DNA of 63,856 nt, the filler included, from Limisphaerales bacterium (GTDB taxonomy: Bacteria > Verrucomicrobiota > Verrucomicrobiia > Limisphaerales > SIBE01), in assembly GCA_044225505.1 (NCBI GenBank). It is 3 parts of 3 records of this genome, joined end to end, with 100 filler letters (N's around TTAATTAATTAA, not from the genome) between each part and the next. Parts side by side here need not be neighbours in the genome. Positions count along the whole stretch, not along the records: positions 1 to 22,882 come from JBGAIN010000139.1; 2 more parts are not named here. The stretch is one strand, 5' to 3'. The notes beneath the pieces are model-generated. The model worked only from the letters and a program-made list of their open reading frames with translations, was not told where the DNA came from and ran no database searches. Each line of letters starts with the position of its first letter. Position 1 is the stretch's first letter. The position numbers were made by a program, and so were the translations under genes. Shown here one piece after another: positions 8,392 through 16,700 of the stretch.

Positions 8392-9542
8392 TCAGGATGC
8401 CAAAGCAGCTCGCAAGTACTGGGCCGGTTCGTAGCGCTCAATGACCACCTCGGTTGCTCCATTGCGAATCATCCGCACCTGAGGCACGAGAATCTCCGGA
8501 GTTTTGGTTGGAGAAAAGAGGATGTCATCGTGGGTCGCATTCTTCGCATTCTGGAACTTGTCGGGAGTCAAATGTCCGCCAAGGTGATCACTGCGGCCCG
8601 TAGCGACATGGAGAGTGCCCAAGATCTTCTCATCCTGGATGTCGCGACCTGAAGGGGGCAAGTCTTGCGTGCCAAACCCGAGTTCGCCCAACTCACCAGT
8701 CGCCGGATCCGAAGCCAAGCGTTGGTTGTGCTGATTAACCGTCGCCGCATTCCCGGAAATAAGCTGTGCAGCTTTGATACGTCCGTCTGTCACGTGCATC
8801 AGGCCTAGAGTCCCATCTTCATACCGCATTGGGAACTCTCCATCCGCACCAGAAGGAACGAAATAGACCTCGCCCGCTGGCAGATTCGCGACATCAGGCT
8901 TCTCGCCTCGACAGAGCCCATGGCTTTTCTGGGCCTCTTGTCGATTGCAGAAAAGCCGGAGGGTGCAATTCCGCCCCTGCACTTCAAAATCGATCTCGAA
9001 TGAATCGGCGCGAGTCAAGGCCAAGCGAAGCTTTCGGCCTGGCGACTGACTTCGTTGTAGTCCACCGCCAGCCCCGTGCGAAGGATAATTGGATTCAACC
9101 CGTGGAGAGTAGCTCCACGAAAGCCAATCCGTTTCGCGAAATCGGTCAACGGCGCGGTTGCGGAGAAGGTGGAAATACAAAGCACGATGTCGTAGTTTGG
9201 GTAAACATCTGCGCTTAGACTGAGTTGTCGCCCATCGGACGAATACGCCACGTCCGGCAAATCCAAGTTGCTGCCGCCGGTAATTTGATAGGCAAACATA
9301 TCGCCGCCGACCAGGCCCAATTCACGCAGGACACCGTTCTTCAAACCCAAATAGAAAGCCTCATAGGCATGACGCTGGATCGTGAGCGTCGCGTCGTCGA
9401 GAAAGGCGAATCCTTTCACCGTTTTGGGGTCAGGCAAATCAATCAAAATGGCGATGCGCTCGCCGGGTTTAGGTGCGAAGACCGTCTTGAGCAGCCGCGC
9501 CAAGCTAAACTCTGGAAAGTTGCGCTGGGATGTTTCCCTCAT
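8392..9542 (-). CDS. M29/aminopeptidase T-like metallopeptidase, one frameshift near 9033
   Basis: ORF 9015-9542 (...DYNEVSRQAE) joins ORF 8392-9180 (KLRLALTRADSF...) if one A is added to the A-run at 9032-9034. Motifs NLPAGEVY, ELGELGFG, DEKILGTLHVATG and HDDILF. Confidence 0.8.
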
Positions 9543-9551
9543 AGTGCTCCT

Positions 9552-9579
9552 ATTCTAGTTCTCCATCGCGGGAAGGCAA
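9552..9579 (-). promoter_or_regulatory. Putative sigma70 promoter of the peptidase-methyltransferase pair
   Basis: Minus strand TTGCCT-N16-TAGAAT ending about 10 nt before the ATG at 9542. Confidence 0.45.
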
Positions 9580-9777
9580 CTCACGGCTTTCCCGCTGATT
9601 GACTGATCCCTCGGCCTGGATGCCGTCGCCTGCTCCCTCGGTGGGAGTGACCTCGTGCTCGTTGCGCCACGGCTGCCCATAAGGAGACGCGTCGTGGCGG
9701 CGCCGCACGGCATTTGAAGGTACTCGCCAAGCAACGGCAGTCAGGATAAATCTGCATTGGGCTTTTTCATCGAACCT

Positions 9778-11361
9778 ATGCACAAACGACGAACTCTCTG
9801 CCGGCTGATCGTGACGCTCGGGCTTTTCGCGACGACCCGACTGCCCGCTTCGGAGATTACGTTCTCTCTCCAGACCAGGAGCGAATCGACCGGTGAGATC
9901 CGGCTTGAAACGGAACGAGTGGAGGCCGCTCGGATTGGTGTGATTGCCGTCGATGTCTGGAATTATCACTGGTGTAAAACCGCGACGATGCGAGTCGACG
10001 CCATTGTGCCACGCATCAATGCCGCACTGGAGGCCGCACGCCGAATGGGGATGACCGTCATGCTCTGCCCGAGCGACGTGGTCGACAACTACGTCGGCTT
10101 TCCCCAGCGGGAGTCGGTCCTGGCGTTGCCGAAGATGGACGTGCCACAGGTGATGACGGTCACCTGCCCTCCCGTCCCAGACGCGGGCGGTTGCGCGTGC
10201 GGGACGGAACGTTGCGCCGTCAACTACGGTTGGGACGGAATGCACGCGGGACTCGCCTTTGGGCCGACAGATCTTATGCCCGATACCCAAGCGGATGTTT
10301 ACGCTATCTGTAAACTGCGAAGGCTTACTCATTTGCTTTACGTGGGGTTCCATACCCAGGTCTGCTTGCTCGGCAAACCCATGGGCCTCCGGGCAATGAA
10401 AAGTGCGGGTTTCAGATGCATTCTGGCTCGAGACATGACCGACGCTCATCCAGGTTATGATCCCGCGAGGCAGTTTACGCCAGACCTCAATACCGAGCAG
10501 GTCATCGAACATTTTGAAAAGCATTTATCCCCGACCGTTGATCTCGAACAGGAGTTTACCAAACTCGGAAGGTGGCCTAGTGATGCTCTGCTCGACCCAG
10601 TCCGCATCACGCCTTGGGGCACTCCTCAGCGGCCTCATCTTATGGAGGACCAGGTAGTGATCACCTTGACGACACCGCGTCAACCAGACGCACAAATCCG
10701 TTACACACTCGATGGCACCGTTCCCAGCCCGGACTCGCCCCAGTACGTCGGCCCCATCACGGTATCGAAGACGACCCATTTGCGCACGGTGGCGTTCCGG
10801 AAAGGCCGCCCAGTTTGTCGTGAGTCCGAAGGATACTTTGCGCGCTTAGGTCCCCCGCCCCCAACGCCGGATGTGTTTCTTGGCGACTTAACTCCACTCC
10901 GCAATGTCGGATTCGGACACACGTATGGCGGTGTGGTCCGTTACTCAGGAAACGCTCGGCCACCGCAGAAAGATGCCTCAAACGCTGGTCAAGCGCTCAA
11001 GGTCAATCGTCAATCGTACTCCCGAGGGCTCGGCGTTCACGCGCCAAGCGAAGTGGTCTACGAACTTAAGCGGGAGTATCGTAGGTTCGTGGGACTGGCC
11101 GGCGTAGACGAAAATCTGATCACCGTGAGTAACGGCTCCAACTTAGCCAAGTACCCGAGCGTAGAGTTTCGAGTTTTTATCGATGGCAACGAAGCGGCCA
11201 GGAGTCCAGTCATGCGAGTTCAGACATTAGCTTGGCGCTTCGACGTAGAAATTCCCAAGGGAGCGCACAGAATCAGCCTTGCGGCCATGGACGCTGGGGA
11301 CGGCTCGAGGGAAGACTTGGCCGACTGGGTCAACGCCGGGTTCGTCACCATGCCAAACTAA
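9778..11361 (+). CDS. Secreted isochorismatase-like cysteine hydrolase fused to CHB_HEX_C (Fn3-like) and NPCBM domains
   Basis: Signal peptide; IAVDVWNYHWC and GFHTQVC (Asp/Cys); IRYTLDGTVP...Y.GPI (CHB_HEX_C); YSRGLGVHAPSEVVYEL...F.G.AGVD...DLADW (NPCBM). Confidence 0.85.
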   Translation: MHKRRTLCRLIVTLGLFATTRLPASEITFSLQTRSESTGEIRLETERVEAARIGVIAVDVWNYHWCKTATMRVDAIVPRINAALEAARRMGMTVMLCPSDVVDNYVGFPQRESVLALPKMDVPQVMTVTCPPVPDAGGCACGTERCAVNYGWDGMHAGLAFGPTDLMPDTQADVYAICKLRRLTHLLYVGFHTQVCLLGKPMGLRAMKSAGFRCILARDMTDAHPGYDPARQFTPDLNTEQVIEHFEKHLSPTVDLEQEFTKLGRWPSDALLDPVRITPWGTPQRPHLMEDQVVITLTTPRQPDAQIRYTLDGTVPSPDSPQYVGPITVSKTTHLRTVAFRKGRPVCRESEGYFARLGPPPPTPDVFLGDLTPLRNVGFGHTYGGVVRYSGNARPPQKDASNAGQALKVNRQSYSRGLGVHAPSEVVYELKREYRRFVGLAGVDENLITVSNGSNLAKYPSVEFRVFIDGNEAARSPVMRVQTLAWRFDVEIPKGAHRISLAAMDAGDGSREDLADWVNAGFVTMPN

Positions 11362-11398
11362 GCGCTGGGGAGTCAGGCGCAAAAGAGACACGGGAATC

Positions 11399-13744
11399 TC
11401 ATCGAACTACGACATCGACCCAAGTCTCACGAACGGTGCCGTCGGCAAGGTTCCTCGCTTTAAGAGTATGTTTCCCGGAGGAAAGAAGCGCGCGGGTTTT
11501 GCCATCCTCAACCACGGTCAGCGTAGGGCTTTCCCATTGGGTGTTTTCTGCTCCTTCCGCGCGCAGGGTGATACGCCGCCCGTGATCTGGTAGATCCGCG
11601 TCTAAAACGAACCGCGTGCCCGGCAACGGAAACGAAATCCGAAACGGCCCTTTGCCACCGTCAAGGATCGCGATCTCACGAAGTAAGTTGTCGCTCGTGC
11701 TCCACCAGTCTTGATATTCTTGAGACAACCGGACGCGGCCTGACGAGTCGTAATCGGACCTCGACTCCAACGGGGGCAAATGGCCGCGGACGAACTTTTC
11801 GGCACACATGAGAGGGTTCTCCTGGTTTTGTGCGATGAGTCGGTGGCCAGTGATCCGGTGAACCTGCCGCTCTTCGATGTCCTTCGGCTGGAAGTACCAG
11901 GACGTGCCATAGCGCGAATGCAGGTGTTCGACAATCTCGTGCAAGATAGGTGCCGCTCCGGTCACTCCGGAAATCTCGTGCATCGGCGAGCCATCAAAAT
12001 TGCCGACCCAGACTCCAACGGTAAACTCAGGGGTGAACGCGAAGGCCCAGTTATCACGAAAATCAGAGCTCGTCCCTGTCTTGCACGCAACGGGAAAGTT
12101 GAAACGCAAGCTCGAGACGACACCGAAACTCTGGGAGCGGGCGGCGTTATCACTGAGAATGTCAGCAATGAGAAAGCTCGCGCTTTGTTCAAAGATGCGC
12201 TCGCCGGCAAGATCAGATATTCCGGGGCGGGAGGCCGACCTAGCTGTGGCTAAAGCGTACGGCTGATAGATTCCCAAACGGGCGAGACAAGCGTAGGCAT
12301 TGGCCAGTTCTAGCAGGCGCACCTCCGCATTCCCCAGGGTCAACCCTAAGCCATAGTGACTTGGATCGGCGTTCAAGGTGGTCAGTCCACAACGCTGCAA
12401 TCGGGATTGGAGGACCTCAGCTCCTCCAATCTCGGCCAACACTTTAACTGCTGGAATATTAAGCGAGTTAGCCAGTGCTTCACGACATCGAATGGGTCCA
12501 TGGCAGTGTCGGTCATAATTGACCGGCGCAAACACGCCGGTCGCGGTCGAAAACTCGGTCGGGACGTCGGCCACGACGGTTGCGGGAGAGATTCCTTGTT
12601 CGAAAGCAATCAGGTAGGTAAAGGGCTTCAACGACGAACCAGCCGACCTCGGAGCCCACGCCCCATTCACCTGACCGTCGCGCCGAGCGAAGTAGTCTGG
12701 AGATCCAACCAAGGCCATCACCCCGCCCGTGCGATTCTCGAGAACGACTGCAGCCCCATCTTGAACATGCTCGGAATGTAGTCGCCCCAACTGTGAGTGG
12801 ACGGTTCCTTCCACAAACCGGTTCAGCTCAAGGTCAAGGCTGGTCCAAACTCGGCTTCGGTTCAGATTATCAAAAGGTTGCCCTTGCCGCCCGCAAGACT
12901 CCGTCCCAGACATGGCTCGTTGCAGGACGAGATCGACAAAGTGGGGAGCTGCAAACGCCCGCCGCACGGCGACCAAGCAGAGTTGCTCACGACTGGCACG
13001 GTCCAATTCCGATGCAGTCAAATAGCCACATTGGCGCATTTGCTCCAGAATCCATTGCTGCCGCCCACGCGCGCGCTCGAAGTGCCGAAGCGGGTTCAGC
13101 CGTGAGGGAGCTTGAGGAAGCGCCGCAAGGAACGCACATTCCGCCACGCTAAGGTCGCGCAAAGGCTTCCCAAAGTAAAACCGGGCGGCCCCGGCACAAC
13201 CAGTGGTAAAGTTACCATAATCCAAGCGGTTGAGATATTCCGTCAGAATTCGGTCCTTGCTCCACATCCGTTCCAACCGCAAAGCCTGCAACGCCTCGAC
13301 GAGTTTCGCACGAAAGGCCCGCGGACGAGGCTGCGCCAACTTGATTAATTGCTGCGTGATGGTTGACCCGCCCGAAACAATTCGCCGATAGCGGCAAAGC
13401 TCCCACAATGCACGGGCAATACCGCGCCCATCGATTCCCCAATGACTCCAATAGCGCTGATCTTCCGCGGCCAACGTCGCTTCCATCAGGAGCCGTGGGA
13501 TTTCCCGAGACCGAGCGATCGTCCCAAACGGCCGTTCATCCGGTCGAATCGTCCTTAACGAACACCCGTGGCGATCCACGAGTTCGGTTTGCACGGGGGG
13601 AGGTTCGAGGAGGCCACTCGGGATTGGCATCAACGCCACCACTAAAGCGACCAGGAATACTGAGGGCGGGACCGTCCAAAGGAAACACCGAACCGGCCCA
13701 TGACATAGCTGCCGCCACCCGATTTTGGTGAGCCTTCCGTTCAT
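11399..13744 (-). CDS. pbpC: Penicillin-binding protein 1C
   Basis: Transglycosylase motifs EDQRY..H.GID and GGSTITQQL; transpeptidase motifs GSSLKP, SLN and KTGTS; ATGA overlap with the alpha-2-macroglobulin gene. Confidence 0.93.
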   Translation of the reverse strand: MNGRLTKIGWRQLCHGPVRCFLWTVPPSVFLVALVVALMPIPSGLLEPPPVQTELVDRHGCSLRTIRPDERPFGTIARSREIPRLLMEATLAAEDQRYWSHWGIDGRGIARALWELCRYRRIVSGGSTITQQLIKLAQPRPRAFRAKLVEALQALRLERMWSKDRILTEYLNRLDYGNFTTGCAGAARFYFGKPLRDLSVAECAFLAALPQAPSRLNPLRHFERARGRQQWILEQMRQCGYLTASELDRASREQLCLVAVRRAFAAPHFVDLVLQRAMSGTESCGRQGQPFDNLNRSRVWTSLDLELNRFVEGTVHSQLGRLHSEHVQDGAAVVLENRTGGVMALVGSPDYFARRDGQVNGAWAPRSAGSSLKPFTYLIAFEQGISPATVVADVPTEFSTATGVFAPVNYDRHCHGPIRCREALANSLNIPAVKVLAEIGGAEVLQSRLQRCGLTTLNADPSHYGLGLTLGNAEVRLLELANAYACLARLGIYQPYALATARSASRPGISDLAGERIFEQSASFLIADILSDNAARSQSFGVVSSLRFNFPVACKTGTSSDFRDNWAFAFTPEFTVGVWVGNFDGSPMHEISGVTGAAPILHEIVEHLHSRYGTSWYFQPKDIEERQVHRITGHRLIAQNQENPLMCAEKFVRGHLPPLESRSDYDSSGRVRLSQEYQDWWSTSDNLLREIAILDGGKGPFRISFPLPGTRFVLDADLPDHGRRITLRAEGAENTQWESPTLTVVEDGKTRALLSSGKHTLKARNLADGTVRETWVDVVVR

Positions 13745-16700
13745 TGTGAGTCGCGCGCTGTAAGGTTTTGTGTCGCACTCAACCCAAATCGCGAGGGGCG
13801 GTACATCTCCTCCACCTTTGCGGGAGGCGCCGTGGCAGTGCCGGTGGCGCGCACCCGGGCGACATAGTGAATGACGTAGTTACCCGGCGCCAGGTCGTTG
13901 GCGAAAAACAGGACCCGATCGGTGCGGGTTTCGCGAAAGTCGCTCCACCATTCCAGGCTTTCGTCGATGAGCGGACGCCGTGATGAGGCAAGAGCACGGG
14001 TCTGTTGGGTCTGAAACTGAGAGTTAACCGGTTCGAAGAGCGACGGTAGGGGATCATCCACGGCCACATACCGAGCGGTCTCCTGCAAGGCAACGTGGAG
14101 AGTCACAAGGATGCGGTCGCCAACGCGGAGCGTGTCGACACTCTGAGGGTCATTGTTCTCATCCAGTCGGTCGTAGCGCCGGCGCAGCGCGAACCCGTGG
14201 TCTTGTTCCGTCTGGCTATTCTGTGCGGGACGCGCTTCGACCGTCACGTGAGCAAAAAGAGTCGCTCCTGGCGACGGATCGAGCGCCAACCCTTGACCGG
14301 GATGCGCCCGATCAAAACGCCATTGCTGAGAGTAGGTTCGCTCGGACTCGGAAAGCTGAAATGTCGTCGCCTGATCGCCCCAGGTTAGCGTCCCGCCAGC
14401 GGCTGCCGAAGTCTTCTCCATGAGACGGAAATATTGGCGCATGGCCAGGAGAACCCATGCGTTTCCTTGCGTTGTCGACCACTCCGAACGGGCTTCCAAC
14501 AACTCCGACGCGATCCGGGCAATCTCGGGGGAGTCCGGTTGAGAAGCGATCAACGCCAATAGCCGCACGGCCCGTTGTCGAGCGGGACACGAAAACGCTG
14601 CGGTTGGGGCAGAAGTAACGGCATTCGTCTGCAACAACTCGAGGACTGATCGTTTATCGCTTCCCGGAGTTGCGGCTAGTCCCAAAGCGAGCCAGGCGCG
14701 CTCCTCGGCCCCCAGGCCGTTGCGTCGGTCGAACCACGCGCCGAGGTAGGCCGGTTCGGACTTTCCTGCCACGGCCAGCGCGTAGAGCGTGAGGCATATA
14801 TCACCGGGAGTCACTGCTGCGCCTTCCGTGATGCGCAACTGGGCGCTCAGATAGTCGGTCAAACGCGAGAACAGGTCGTCCGCGACGGCGATTCCTGCCT
14901 GGCGAGCTTCGGCCAACACGAACCCGCCATAGGCGCTTGCCCAGAGCATCGGTTCGTGACCGCCTGGCCAGTAGGCCAACCCTCCCGACGCGGTTTGCAT
15001 CGAGAATAATCGTTCGACTCCCGCTTTGGCTGCCCCGGACGCTTCGGTCGCGTCACGTCCCGCGAATTGGACCAGTTCCGGCGAATCGGAGAGGACTATC
15101 CATGGAAGCAAGCTAGAGCTAGTCTGTTCGGCACAGCCATAGGGGTATTGCAAGAGCTGGCCAACAGCCTCGCCTAGACCGACGAGACCGCTCCTGGCTA
15201 ATGTCAGCCGAACAACCCCCTGCCCTTCCAGGACTTGCGGATTTACAGAGGACAACAAGTTGGTTGCACTCCCTGCGCTGCGAACCAGGTGCACGTCTCG
15301 TAACAAGGGCAGGACGGTCCCAACATCCAATCTCGACCGCACCGCGTCCGCGAATGTTGCGACTTTCGCATCTACAAACCGCGCTTTCCAAATCCACTGA
15401 GCCGCCCCTGCCTCTACAAACGCGAGAGGCACTTCGACAACGGCCGAGCCATGCGCCGCCACCTGGAGGCGCTGCTCAAGACGCGTGGGTTCGAGGCACC
15501 TAGCTTTGTCATCCAACTGCAACGTAACGATTACTTCGCCCGCTTGATCGCTCTGGTTCAGCACAATGGCCCGCGCTGGGATCCGATCGGTCACATTCGC
15601 GAAACGCGGGAGCGCCGGCTCTATCATTAGCGGTTTACTGACGCTAAACGCGGATTGCCCACTGCCAAACTGATGCGAAGAGGCCTGCACGACGGCCATC
15701 ACGCGATAACGCGTCAGACTGTCCGGCGCGAGAAACCCGGCTGACACCCGCCCGTCCGGCCCAGTTCGCAGAGACGCGTTCCAATAGGCGCACGCGAGAA
15801 AGTGTTGCCGAATTCGTTCCCGCCCCCCTCCTCCACCCAAGTAACCCTTATTGTGAAATACAAGGCGTTCTGGATCTTCCGAGAGCAGAAATGGAAGACT
15901 AATGCCCGTGGTAACCCCGAGAGCTCGAGGCGCAAAAATGACCCTGTGCAAATCTGGAGTTGCGTAGTCGCTCATACTGAGCACTCCTTCGTCGACAGCA
16001 TAGAGTGTCACTTCCGCATTGGGCACCGGTTCCCCCGTGTGATCGGTCACGCGAACGTCGGAAGTGATGGGGTCTCCGGGCATATAATTGGTCGCGCCTG
16101 GAACCACTTCGACCCGTAGGCGAGTCGCCGGATCCGAGACTTCGAGTTGGGTGTATCCAATCCTATACTCGGGTTCCTTGATTCGATGCGGGCTACCGTC
16201 CCCGCCGCGCACCACAGCGACGGAGGCATAGATGTTGGGAGCATCAGCAGCCTCAAGGGGAATATTCACGACGGGCGCATTGCCTTCCAATGAAGTCTGG
16301 AACGAACGCCGCACGTGGTCACCTTCGACCGTCACCCAGGCCGTGCCACTGATCGGCGTTTTCACCAACAGGCGTGCGATGTCTCCGGCTTCGTAACGGG
16401 ACTTATCTGGCACGAGTCGCACCTCCGTTTCATTCCGGTAGTCCCAAGCGAGTTTTGATCGGTCCGTCACATAAAAGCTCAGGGAGCTGACTACCTCCCG
16501 ATCCGCCGCGTCGCGGGCATGAACCTCGAGCAGATACTGCCCAGCTGGTGGCACCTCAAAGCCAGCAATCGAGCAGCCAACAAACCCATGGTCCGTCCCC
16601 GGTTCCTTCTGTGGAGGCTCGACTAGAACCTCTTTCGTCGTAACGTTGGTGAGCGTGACCTCATTCCGGTAACGGGCGCTTCGGCCAACGCTTTGCACAA

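Noticed and set aside
9550..10524. 324-aa antisense ORF and other long shadow ORFs (e.g. 19974-20762, 24359-25102, 46262-46987, 53822-54574, 57005-57700)
   Set aside because: They lie opposite well-supported genes in GC-rich DNA and show no motifs.
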